Shown here piece by piece: positions 1 to 12,009 of a stretch of 64,000 nucleotides of DNA. Within the stretch, counting starts at the first letter, position 1. Every line of letters starts with the position of its first letter. The stretch comes from Vicugna vicugna (lineage: Eukaryota): assembly GCA_013265495.1 (NCBI GenBank), contig MU057711.1, positions 1 to 64,000 of the forward strand, in the 5' to 3' direction. Made by a program: the position numbers and the translations under genes. The notes under the pieces were generated by a model. It searched no databases. It saw only the letters and a program-made list of their open reading frames with translations, and was not told where the DNA came from.

Positions 1-245
1 CTATCTAATGCCTATTTAGGAATAGAACTTAGGAAAAAAAAAAGAGAGAAAAAAAGAAAAAAATAATAAGAGAGAGAGAAAGATTTTTAAAAGAAGGGAG
101 AAAGAGGGTTTGAAAACAGTGTATAATGGATAATAGAAGAGCGAGTTAAAGCAGGGTATTAATCGGGTTGAGATGTCCTTTTAAAACCTTTAAAAAAAAA
201 AGGGGGGGTGGGGAGATGAATAGATGTATTTGAAGCCTGTGTCTC
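1..245 (-). mobile_element. Probable camelid L1 5'UTR-region fragment running off the left edge, abutting a MIR
   Basis: Purine-rich tract that I recall as the antisense of the camelid L1 5' region. It switches abruptly to MIR sequence at gtctcagtttcc. Confidence 0.45.
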
Positions 246-380
246 AGTTTCCTCATCTTAAATTTGGGATAATCATGTACCTATCTTATAGGATTGCAGT
301 AAAGATTGAGTGAACATGTGTAAAATAATTAGAACAGTGCCTGGCACACAGTAAGTGCTCAATATGTATGCACTATTAGT
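240..380 (+). mobile_element. MIR SINE 3' half
   Basis: ctcagtttcctcatct...agaacagtgcctggcacacagtaagtgctcaata matches the MIR core and tail. Confidence 0.85.
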
Positions 381-661
381 TTTTAAATTTTGGCCAAATA
401 AATTAATGTCCTTTTTGGTAATGAAATCTTATTTTCAATTATGTTGAACTACTGAGTGAGCAAATTATTTTAATCAAAACCAGAAACATTTATCAAGTTA
501 ACCTTCTAGTTTTCTTTAATGTAGGATTCTAAAACTACAGGAATAATTTATTTGCAAGAATGTATGTTTGGAATGAAATTCCACTTCGGAGTATATATAA
601 TTGCTGTATATAAAGTCAAGGTTGTTAGCTTACAGTAAATGCCTTTTCTAAAAGTCTGGTG

Positions 662-835
662 CTGTGGTTTTCAAACTTTAGCATACATCAGAATCCCCAG
701 GAGGGAGTGTTAAACCAGAGGTTCACTGGCTGCACCTCCAGATGTCTTTCTCGGTAGGTCTTGGTGGGACCAGGGAGTGTGTATTTCTTACAAGTTCCCA
801 GGAGAAGCTGATGCTGGTGGTTCTGGAACCCACTG
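662..835. mobile_element. MER5A-like hAT DNA transposon
   Basis: gtggttttcaaactttagcatacatcagaatc...acaagttcccagg...gctgatgctggtggt resembles MER5A. Confidence 0.75.
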
Positions 836-1801
836 ATCTACTGGGACTACACTTTGTATACTTCATAAAAATTGGCAGTTTCTGAGAGTATTTAGTGTAA
901 CCTATACTATTGTATAACAATTGAGTTTTGATTGAATACAAGAGAATAAAACCATTAATTCAGTTGAGTGCATAAAAAACAATGTTTGAAACACTTCTCA
1001 TTCTCTTCAGTTTTCATTCTTTTCAGTTGCTTTTAGTGGTGCAGAAAATTGTTTCTTTAGCAACAGTGCTCCTTTATCAACCAATAATAATGCAAAGGAG
1101 TTAAATGAGGGTTCACAGAACTGAAATTTCACAGAATTGAAAGGCAGAGAAACATCTGAATTGAGATTAAGAAGTTTTCTAAATTGTGATAGCACCTGCA
1201 ATGTTTACATTTACTTTAATTTATTTAGCTGTAAAAGGCATGATCTTAAAGTATTTATCGTGTAAATGTTTTCTCATGGCCTGTTCTGTTCTTACAGAAG
1301 CATACTCATTTTTCATACTTCACTATAAAACAGCATGATCTTTTCCTCCTAAAGGTAAACCTTAGGCTATCTAATAGCTAGGTATATAAGTGAAGTGCAG
1401 GGTCTTGTTGCGAGCAGAGTTGCCTTGACAAAGAGGCAAGTAGAATACACCAGAAAATGCAGATATTTCAGCATTAAGTAACCTTTATCAAAATTTAGAA
1501 GCAAATTATAATTTGCATGTGACTTAGATTCAGAGATAAGACAATAACCATGAAGGGAGGAGGAGTCTTACCTTGAACACTAAATACAGAGTAATTCAAA
1601 TGAAAGAATCCTGTAGTTTATGCAGTGCCACAAAAAATAGTTTTAAACAATTTGGAGGGAACATCTCAGAAAAGGAAAATATCTGATTAAATGGATAATT
1701 AGGGTGCAGGTTTAAAAAGATTAGGTGTACTGGTCAGAACACACAGCAAATCAGAGAAGGATGAGAGTAATTAACTTTTTATTGCAGTTGTTATTCTAGC
1801 C

Positions 1802-2016
1802 TAGGAGTTGGTAAACTCTTTCTCCGAAAAGTCGGATAGAGAGTAAATATTACAGGCTTTGTGAGCCACAAGATCTTGTGTTACAACTACTTAACTCTGC
1901 TGCAGTAGCCTGAAAACAGCCATAGACATGTATGTATATAAATGATTATGTCTATGTTCCACTAACAATAGGCAGAAAGCTGGATTTGGTCTATTGGGTG
2001 GAATTTTCTCACCCCT
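1802..2016. mobile_element. MER58A-like hAT DNA transposon
   Basis: ggagttggtaaact...agtaaatattacaggctttgtgagccac...aactctgctgcagtagc...cagccatagac...cacccctg. Confidence 0.8.
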
Positions 2017-3679
2017 GTTCCATCCAACAGGAGACACAATAAGGCAGAAATTACAAACGTCTAAGTAGTTTGACACACTTATCAGTCTAACAGAAAGTTC
2101 TGTGCCAATCCTACACTTTAATGTTTAGAAATGTGTTCCATATACATATCATACTTTTAATGATATATAAAGTAAGTAATTGCTTTTAATTTCCTATATT
2201 AAGTGAATAATTAGGGAGTTCTTCAAAATTTCATGAGACAGTTTCTTCCTTTACACAGTGAGACATTTAAGTTCCTGACTTGAACAGAACAAGGTTTGTA
2301 GGTGGTAGGGGCAGGCTCTGAGTCAGGGTATCTAGGAATGGACCTGGTGCATGTGCTTAGTTTCATTTGAATTTTCTTATCATGGTTTTGAGGATGCAAC
2401 CCATGGTAAGTGGTATGACAGTCTTAGTTGTCTAAATGCAAAGAGTTCTTGCTTAATGAAATCAACACATACTAGGGTTTCTATAAAATGAACTGTTTTC
2501 TCCTTAAAAATTTTTTTTTGATAAAGCAGAAACATATTTTCATGGAACATATTTAGCAAATTGACTTAATACATTTTGGTAAGACAAGGTTAAGACATTA
2601 GCTATTCCTACGGAATGCTGAGCACTGTACCCCATCACCTAGCAAGTTCACTTTTTGTGTGAAAATCTTAGCACAAATCTCCCACAGATGATCTTGCCTT
2701 TCCTTTAAAATGTCATGTCTGATATTTGAAAGAGTTCAGAGAAATTAAAAAAAATTACTGACCTTTCAATGTTTCCATACCATAAGTAAAAAAAGGACTA
2801 TATTTAGTTTTTTTTTCCTTCTTCCCTTGCTCAAGGATGTGTCACACTGATGTGATGTATGATGTAGTTTAGGTGTTGTATTATAAGATTCTTTTAAACT
2901 AACTATCCTCTGTATGCCTGTTGATGTCTACAAAATCAGGGTTGGAATGCCTCTATTTTCTTAAGAAACAACCTTTTTCAGTAGCCAGGAGAAATTTTGA
3001 TGGTTTCTGTGTCAGTGTCAAGGACCTGATTATCTAAGGATTTGTTTCAAGGAACTGGGCTCCTACAATGAAGACCAAATATATTCTACATCATTGGCTC
3101 TGGAAGATAAGACAAAACTGGAAGGACTTACAAGACATATTATATTAGATAAATATCAGTGTTAGGTTTGATTATGCCATATAAGTTTATTATTCTAGAA
3201 CATTAGAAAGATAGCTGCCTTACAGTGTGCACTTAATTTTTCTCAAAGGTAATCCATCATGTTTTTCATAAACACTCACTGATATTTTTCTTTATGTTCA
3301 TTAGTGTTAGCTGCATTGCCCAATTTAGTTTAATACTGACTTTTTAATATTGTTTCTTACTCATTTCTTCAAGACATTAAATTCAATATATTATTCTCTT
3401 TACTCTTCAATATTTTATTTTCTTTCAATTTTGGTTTCTTCTTAAAACTGCAAGACATTTTTTCCCTTTGTAAAGGATGGTAAAAAGACATATCTCTGGG
3501 AACACAAGTAAGGGAAGTTTCCCTTTATATTAGGGCCTTGCAGAGTACATTTCTCTTGTGAATAAGTTGTGGTTTATTTTGCAACTGTTCAAACTTAACA
3601 ATGAATATGTGATCGTGGTAAAGAGACGGTATAGTAAATTGATCAGTGTAGGACTATCAGAAAACAAACCAAATTTTAG

Positions 3680-5210
3680 GAAAAGCTCATTTATTCATAC
3701 ATCAAATATGTATTGTGTCAGGCACTGTGTTAGGAAGTAAGGACAGAATAATAAACAAGACACAGCCTTTCCTCTTCAAGGACTTAGGACAGAAAACTCA
3801 CTACATGACTGAAGTGGTAAGCAGTAGGACTAACTAAGCACAGGCTGCTGAGAAACAATAGAAGATGTGTCCAATCCTACGTCAAAGGGGAGCCAGCAAA
3901 GGATTCTCAGAGGAGATATGGTCTAAGAGCTGACCTGAAGGTCACATGGAGGACTCTGAGAAGCTGGAGAAGAGGAGGCTGCAGGTAGAGGAATAACACG
4001 CAAGAGGCTGGAGATGAGAGAGCATGGAGGACATAGTAGTTCAGTGCGGCTGACAGCGAGCTGGGAGAGGGTGTGAGCAAGGACAGCAAGGGGTAAACAG
4101 AGGCTCTAACTCAATAAACTAGATTAGACCCACTGCTCAAGGGCAGAGGGCAGCCACTGAAGGTTCGTATTTTACAAAATCGCTGAGGTCGCTTTCTGAA
4201 GGATGGCTCAGATAACTGTAGTCAGGTGAAAAATGATGATAGAAAGTAGCAGGACACAGAGAAGGGGCAGTTAAGGGGAGAGAACAGTAATCTAGTAGAT
4301 GTGGGGGTGAGGGAAAGGAAAAAATAACTGGATAGGGAACATGAGTAGTTTACTGGGGGGACACACTCGATTTTAGTTTTGAGGTCCTGGTAAGACACTC
4401 AGATATAAAGGTCTGAAACTCAGGAGGGACAGATGGTAAATTTGGGAGTAATCAGTGTCACAAATAGCAAAGAAAAAAAAAAAAAAAAAAAAAGAAAAGC
4501 CAGGGGAGAGACTGAAATATTTGGAGTACATATAGAGTGAAAAGAAAACTTGGAATGGAATCCTGAGATGCAGCAACCTGTAAAGGATGAGCAGAGGGCA
4601 AGTCCACAAAGGAAGCTGGGAGAGTGGCCAGGGACATAGGAGAGGATCCAGGAAGGGAGAGTGTAAAGGAAGCCAGGAAGGGAGTGTTCCTGGAAGAAGT
4701 GATCAGCAGAATCAAGTGCACTTTCAGTGGTGTAAGGCCAAGGACTAGACTGCACAGTGGGTTAAAGATATGGAAGTAAACAACTGGAGAGATCCAACTG
4801 TAGAGAACTCAAGAAGTCTGGCTAGGAAGGAAAAACAGGGATTAGGCAGTGACTGGAGAGGAGGTGGGGTTTTGGAGGTAGTACCTGTATATGTGTTTAT
4901 AGATAAGGGAGATTTAGGCACTCTTAAATGCTGATTCCCTGGCACCAACAAGGATGGAGTTGACTACATGGGCCAGACAGAATAAGCAACTGAATGAGGT
5001 CCCTGAGATGTATGTAGGACCCTCAGCATAGTTAGAGCATTAATTTTTAGTCACGAGAAAAAGGAAGAGGGATGAGTGTGGATGAAGGGATGACATTTTC
5101 GTGCTACAGAAGTCAACTGACAAATTGTTAAACACAAAGTCCTGCGCTAGGTTCTCTAAGACACTGACAAACAAACTGATACTATCTGCCTTCATGGAGC
5201 TATTTAAAAG
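3680..5210 (-). mobile_element. Degraded L2 LINE
   Basis: Begins with cattcatttattc-like L2 tail sequence followed by gtcaggcactgtgttagg. The purine-rich body is typical of antisense L2. Confidence 0.7.
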
Positions 5211-5844
5211 GAACATGCACAGACTCTCTGTATACAGAGTATTAAAGGGACATTTCTAAACTCCTCTGCTGTTCAACTGGGAAAGAACTCATCTGCTTGC
5301 TTCTAGACTCATAATCTATAAAGTGGGAAAAGGCACCACTAGGCTTCGGTAAAAAGAATGACCAAGTGACAGGGAAAGAAGCTATGATCTCTACTAACAT
5401 AGAGGAAGGCCAAAATACTGAGAATAAAAAATTCAAAATATTAATTGAATATTGAAAGAAAAAAGTTAGGAAATAGGAATATATTCTTTTGATTCACAGA
5501 TGCTTATGGTAGCTTTCACTAAAAATACTGGTATCTTCCATATCCATATTTCATAAATTTTGTAATATCTATTAAAAAAGATCTATATGACAAGAAAAGG
5601 TCAAGAAGAAGTCAAGGAGATCTCTGAATGGGACTATTCTGAAGGCAGGCAGAGTACCAGTGTTTCTCAGATATTTGGAACTCACTGTCCTTATTAATAA
5701 AGGGATATTATGGATCCAGGGGAAAAAACATTAACATTGACAAATAATAGCAGATACACTTTTTGAATATTTATTGTATATTAGGCCTCTCTTGTGATTT
5801 ATCTATATTAATTCCTCTATTCTTAACAAAAACTTATGTGGGAG

Positions 5845-6447
5845 TGTAGTAAGCAGAATAATTATCCCCTAAAGAGGTTCATATCCTAATTCCCAGAACC
5901 TGCTAAATATAATGCTGCAAGTGGACTTTGCAGATGTGATTAAGGGTTTTTTTTCCTCTTAAAAATATGGAATGCTTGCTGAATTTGCATGTCATCCTCA
6001 TGCAGGGGCCATGGTAATCTTCTCTGTATTGTTCCAATTTTAGTATATTTGCTGCTGAAGCAAGCACATGATTAAGGATCTTGAGATGGGGAGATTACTT
6101 TGGATTATCCAGGTGGGCTCAATGTAATCACAAGGGTTCTTATAAGTGAAAGAAGAAGGCTAGATGGGTTAGGGTCAGGAATTTGAAGATGCTACACTGT
6201 TGGATCTGGAGAGGGAGCAAGGGGCCATGAGCCAAGGAATGTAGGAGACCTCAAGAAGTTCATGAAAGGTAAGGGAATGGATTCTCCCCAAAGCCTCCAG
6301 AAAGAATGGAGCCCTGCTGATGCCTTGATTTTAGCTCAGTGTCAACCACATATGGGGTTCTGACCTCAACTGTACAAGAATAAATTTGTGTTGTTTTAAG
6401 CCACTAAGTTTATGGTAATTTGTTAGCAGCAAGAGAAAACTAACATA
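5845..6447 (+). mobile_element. MLT1D-like MaLR solo LTR, interrupted by the U6 copy and inserted in a minus-strand MIR
   Basis: tgtagtaagcagaataat...ggactttgcagatgtgattaagg...aataaatttgtgttgttttaagccactaagtt...gaaaactaacata. Confidence 0.88.
5961..6067 (-). pseudogene. Full-length U6 snRNA retropseudogene
   Basis: Reverse complement reads GTGCTTGCTTCAGCAGCAAATATACTAAAATTGGAACAATACAGAGAAGATTACCATGGCCCCTGCATGAGGATGACATGCAAATTCAGCAAGCATTCCATATTTTT. This is U6 with mostly CpG-decay substitutions. It has an A-rich tail (5947-5960) and a direct repeat tgattaagg at 5937-5945 and 6069-6077. Confidence 0.95.
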
Positions 6448-6689
6448 AATGGGTACTATTAGTTTCCCTGTTATATACATGTGGACAAAGAGACCTGACA
6501 GGAGTTAAATAATTTTCCCAAAGTTACGTGGATAGTTGAAGAAATTCTCACTTTATCTTCTTATTTGCTCTTTGAGGTAGGAGACAAGGTCAGTTACTGA
6601 GGACTGGAAGTTGGGGTTGGATGTAAAGGAAACTGGAAAATATCTAAAGTAGTTCTTATGAAAAATAAGAATTTCCAGTCTCATATGTA

Positions 6690-7310
6690 AATTCCTTATC
6701 TCACACTAAAGTATTTACAGAATATAAGATATGACGAATTTGCCTTAAAATTATCTAAGGGAGGCTGTGAGGGGAGTAAGTAGTGGATGGGGGTATAGGT
6801 GAAATAAGACTGAGTATGCGGGGGTAGTGTTCCAGCTGGACGGTAGTATGGGCACAGGGAGTTTTATACTACTGTATATTTTTAACCATATTTAAAAATT
6901 TTCAAAAAAAGTTAAAAACACAATTCAAGGTAAAGAGCAAAAAATGTCACAGAGGAAGATATACTTTAAAAGCCATGAAGTAACAAAACAAAAACAACTT
7001 TTAAAATAAAGCAACACTGACTGACAGAGAACCTATCAGTGGTGTCTGAGGAAGAGCTGGGTAGGGAAGGAGGGCCAGGGAAGGTGGGAAGGAGGGACAG
7101 CCGAGGGGCACGAAAAACTGTTGGATGTGATATACTCATTATTTTGATATTAGTTGTTGATCATCTCTGTGTATCCATAAAAAGATATATTGCATATATA
7201 CATATATATTATACATGTCATAACATCAAATCAAATATATCAAATGTGTACAGTTTTATTGCATGTAAATTATACTGCAATAAAGCTATAAGAAATAAAC
7301 AAACAAAATA
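6690..7310 (+). mobile_element. Old L1 (L1MC/MD-type) 3' UTR fragments
   Basis: Recognisable old L1 3' end motifs, e.g. gtacagttttattgcatgtaaattatactgcaataaagct. Confidence 0.65.
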
Positions 7311-7333
7311 AAGCAATACTGATAAAAATTCAA

Positions 7334-8820
7334 GGAGAGCTTCTGGTTTCTGGTCCGACATGTAAAAAGCTTGGAAGTTGTTATTCCTGTACTCATAGCA
7401 AAAAAAGCTGAAGAAACTGAAAATCAACTCTATTTAGATGCATCAGAGAACTGAGGTCACAGGGCAAACTGTTACCCTGAAAACTGAGAGAGGCAGACAC
7501 AGAGAATCACAGCTTACTGGGAGCAGAAGTCTAGAAGCAGAAGACTGAAATTGGAGCCAGTACTGGTAGGAACACTTAAACTGTGATTGAAAAATTGCTG
7601 AAGAATCAGTTAAAACAGTTTGAGAGTTCAAAACTCTGGGGGAGACAGGGAGGCAGTCTTAGAGGAACCCCACACTTCTGTAACTTTTACCTCCAGGAGT
7701 TCATCAAATTCTCAAGGGGAAGTTTGGGGGAAAAACCCCTCATGCTTCTAGCACAGAGAGGGGCAAGAAAACATTTAAAAATATGCCCAGAGCTCTCTCC
7801 TCCTTAATGATAGCTTGCCCTTAAGGGAAACTATTTTACCAGAGCTCAAGTAATTTGGGTTTTACTAAAGCCTAACCCAGGGGAAAGGAAATAACTAACT
7901 TCAGCCTCCTCTAGCTTTCCTGTTTAACCTGCAGGGGAGGGGAAGCTGAGAAGCACCTGTGCAAGTCTCAGCCCAGGGATACAGGCTCACTAAGACTGAG
8001 ACTTAATCACAGAGTTATAGGATGCTTCTCCTACTGTAGTGCTATACTTCACAACCACATCAATTGGGCTCCTGTTTAATAATGAGATTACAGTAAACAG
8101 AACTGCAAACTTCAGACCCATTTAAGAGGGTGTCTGTAGGGTGACATAAAGACAACAGAGGAGATAAAAAAGACACTAGAGGAAAATTTTGCCTTTGACA
8201 GCACAGCTACTGCAAACAGTAACACGGTCTATTTCCTAGCCAGATAAACATAAAACCTCATAATAAAGGCTTATCTACCAGTTTCTTTCATCCAATACAT
8301 CATGTCTGGCTCTCAACAAAAAATTTCAAGGCATGCTAGCAGGCAGAAAACAAAGTTTGAATAGACAAAGCAAGCATCAGAACCAAATTCAGATATGGCA
8401 TGGATGCTGGAATTATCAGACCAGAAATTTAAAATCATTATGATTAACAAGATAAAGGCTCTAATGGAAAAAAGGAGACAGCATGCAAGAAAAGATTGTT
8501 AATTTAGGCAGAGAGATGGAAACTCTAAGCAAAATCAAAAGGAAGTGGTAGAAATAAAAAATACTGCAACAGAAATAAAGAATGCCTCTGATGAGCTCAT
8601 CAGCAGATTAGACACAGCCGAGGAAAGGATCAGTGAACTTGAAGATATAACAACAGAAACCTCCAAAACTGAAGTCCAAAGAGGGAAACTGATGAAAAGA
8701 CGGAACAGAGTATCCAAGAACTCTGGGAAAATTATCAAGGTGTAACATGTGTTGTGGGACTACCAGAAGGAAAAGGAGGAGAGAAAAGAACAGAAGAAGG
8801 ATCTGAACTTCAAAGAAAGT
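7334..8820 (+). mobile_element. Old L1 5'UTR plus ORF1 N-terminal relic
   Basis: ORF 8545..8745 (EIKNASDELISRLDTAEERISELED) is L1 ORF1p coiled-coil sequence. The upstream sequence resembles an old L1 5' end. Confidence 0.85.
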
Positions 8821-9455
8821 AATGAATGAATGGGAGGCAGAGGATGAATAAATGGATGAATGGGAGGCACTCGCAGAAAAGCCCAAAGGTGCTGGGCTGT
8901 TAGAGTAGTCATTCTAAGAACAGCTCTGCACGCTGGACTTTACTTATGTGACTTTCTAAATGGTTCCGTTCTCCATATAATAGAAGTGGGTGTTAGTTTA
9001 GGATAAGGAGCATTAGTGACCTTAGAAGTATAACCTGCCCTAATCAAACAGCCTTTCCTATCAAAATTTCTGCTAAAATTTGTGGGTAAAAAAAATGGGC
9101 TCAATTTCAACTTTTTAAAGTTCTTTGATTGACCATGTAATGAAAGAGCCATACAGTGGGGATATGGTCAATAAGAAAAGAAGAGGAACAAAGGGTCTGA
9201 ATATTTCACAAATTGGTTAGACAATACCTGAATAAACAAGTCTGATTAATTGGGGGCTAATCTTGCATTTAATTAAAAAATAGACTTTATTTTTATAGTT
9301 TTTGATTCACAGTAAAAATTAGGTGGGAAGTACAGATTTCCCACATACCCTCTGCACTTCCCCTCCTCAAAGCCTCCCCCACTGTACACCTACATTTTTA
9401 TAATGATATGGAAGCAGATACGTTTGACCAGGTACTCATATCATTCACAGTGGAT

Positions 9456-9815
9456 GTTGTGACACAGTGTCCAGACCTTCCCTTCAGGACTGAGGCAGTA
9501 TTCCCTGAGCTGTTCCAAGTGTTGGCTGCTAACAACTCACAGCTGAGTTCTTACCTAGAAATTCTTACCTAGAAATTTTCTTAACCAAAGGGAGCTGGCT
9601 TGTACAAATTATAACCCCTTCCTAGAGACTGCCTGCATGCTATATCTGGTTCATGCAGGACCATCTTAGAAAAACCATCCTAGCTCCACAGCTCATACAC
9701 CAACTTCTCCTTCAGCCAGTCCTGCTTTCCTAACTACTCCAGAGATGTTGCTCTCAAGAAGAGTCTACATTAAACCTTTCCATGCAAATCTCTGGGTCAG
9801 GGTCTGCTTCCACAT
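9456..9815 (+). mobile_element. LTR16-like ERVL solo LTR
   Basis: cccttcaggactgaggc...ctcacagctgagt...ccatcctagctcc...caacttctcc...tgcaaatctct...tcagggtctgcttcc. Confidence 0.75.
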
Positions 9816-10653
9816 GTCTTAAATATGGGAAGTTTCCCAATCATACATAAAACATTGATAATGAAGTAGTGCTTTAAAGGGTTATTAAAAATATGAAACT
9901 CTAATCAGAACATCTAGTTCTGTGTTTTAGTTTCATTAATTAATGGCTCTATGATTTTGGATAACATTTCTCTGAGCCTTAAGTTTCCTCACCTTTAAAT
10001 AAGGCATATAATTCCTTATGAAACATGGGTTTTTATGAGGACCCAAACAGGGATATACCAACACACATGCATGCATTCATGCTCATGCTTTTAAATATAA
10101 TGTAATATTCTTATTACAATTTACATGAACTGGAAATTTCAAAAACTAAGCCTAATTATTTTCACATTTTGTTATTTCATGGAAATATTCCATTATACAG
10201 CAAGTCAGTATTAAGATTTTACCCCCCAAAATTCATTTATTGTCTACTACATGCCTGACCCTGTGCTATGAACCAGGTATACAAAGACAGCATGGTTCTT
10301 GGCCTCAAGGGATTGCAGTCTAGTGTGGAGAGGCATTAAATACAAACAGAGTGTGATCAAGTATTATATATGCCAAAATGGCAGTAATATGCCCAGAAAT
10401 AATGGGAGGTGTGGTCAATTTTCCAAAAAAATTCAGAAAAGTCTTCATAAAGGAAGTGAACCTTAGGTAAGAAATTTTTCAGTAAAGGTACTTTATTCCC
10501 AGTAAACTTTACTTGAGCACTGAAGGATACTTTAATCACTTCTAAAAATAACAACAATTTGATTTAACCTATAACAACTATTTTGTGTGCATCTATTTAT
10601 CATGCAGAGAATTTTCACAGAAATATTTACAACTGAGAATTAAGGTTACTTAC

Positions 10654-10697
10654 CGTTATCTTACGAGGGCAGTCATTAGAACAGAAACCACTAAGAA
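10654..10697 (-). CDS. ITFG1: ITFG1 internal coding exon, 44 bp: (V)LSGFCSNDCPRKIT
   Basis: tttttccacag|TTCTTAGT...ATAACG|gtaagt. Phase 1 to 0. The next expected exon (PFGVNQPGP...) was not found in 1-10653, so the gene continues beyond the window. Confidence 0.95.
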
Positions 10698-12009
10698 CTG
10701 TGGAAAAATTTAAAAAAAAACTATTATTACTGTTAGAATGTAAACTTACATTTAAAGTAAGCTCTAATTTTTCCCCTAAAATCTATTATGCCCGACTGAT
10801 TCATGATCATAAGTAGAAACCAATTCAATTTCTTTAGATCTGAGGAAACTAAATTTCTGTTGTTCACTTTATGCCAACACATCTAAAGCCTTTATTAAGC
10901 AGTCAAGATGGTGCCATTTTGTGAAACACATAGGTGAGATAATTAATCATGGTCATATCATACCTACTGTTGGCAGTAGGTTCTACTTTATATCTGGTTA
11001 GCTAAATTCCCAGGATGACTCAGGATCTGACAGAGAAGTGCCAAATGCAAACCAATTAAAATGTATACAAATGAACCCAAATAGAGTATTTAGCATTTCA
11101 TATCTCAGACTAGACCATTTCCATTTATCTAGTCAAAGTTCCTGGGTCAAAGAGTTTGGGCAGCTCTGATAACTTGTACAGAGAACACACCTATAAAATA
11201 ATTCATGGGCCTACAACAAATATACAAAAATTATGATACATTTTTCTATAATCACCCAAAAAGAAAAAGCTAGAATATCTGAACATTCTATAACTAACAC
11301 AAGTTTTGTAATATAACTATACTACTACCATCTCATGTGAACCAATTCCTTTGTAAGAAGGCAGACTATTAAATATGTGCTATTAAATATTCTATATGTT
11401 ATAAATTAAAAGAAGACAGCTGACAATACTTAGGACTGACTTCTCAGTAAGTATCAATTATATCAATAATAATTGTGATTACTGGCTAGCTCAAATATAT
11501 CCATAGGAAAATGGTTCCTTATGTTTATTTATATTCTACAAATGTGAAATGACAGTCATTCTAATAGAAATATTATACTTAGGCAGGGTATATAGAGTAC
11601 AAAGGCATCAAGAAATGAATGTGACATTTCATCACAAAAGAAGATACTTGTTCATTTACTATAATACTTACATTAAATACAACTTGAGGAAACACTGAAA
11701 TGTTTCATACTTGTAAAACAATTTTCAATTTAAGTTTATTTATCCCAGCACAGTGCCTCTTTTATTCTCAAACACTCCATGACCTTACTTCTCCCTCTCC
11801 TTTGTTCCTCTTCCCTCAACTCTAGGCAGTCATTAATACTTCACTTGTCCCAAAGTGATTTTCATAAACCTTCATTAAAACGTTATCATGCTGAATAGCA
11901 AATTATTTACTCACAAGTCTGTCTTTGTACCAGGATGCAAGCTCTGTATAATTTTATTCTTACTTTCTCAGGGCCTAGCCCAATATATTTACTTAATAAA
12001 CACTTGTTA

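Noticed and set aside
4373..4951. Minus-strand ORFs with poly-Phe runs
   Set aside because: They are a translation of a poly(A/T) tract inside a degraded L2.
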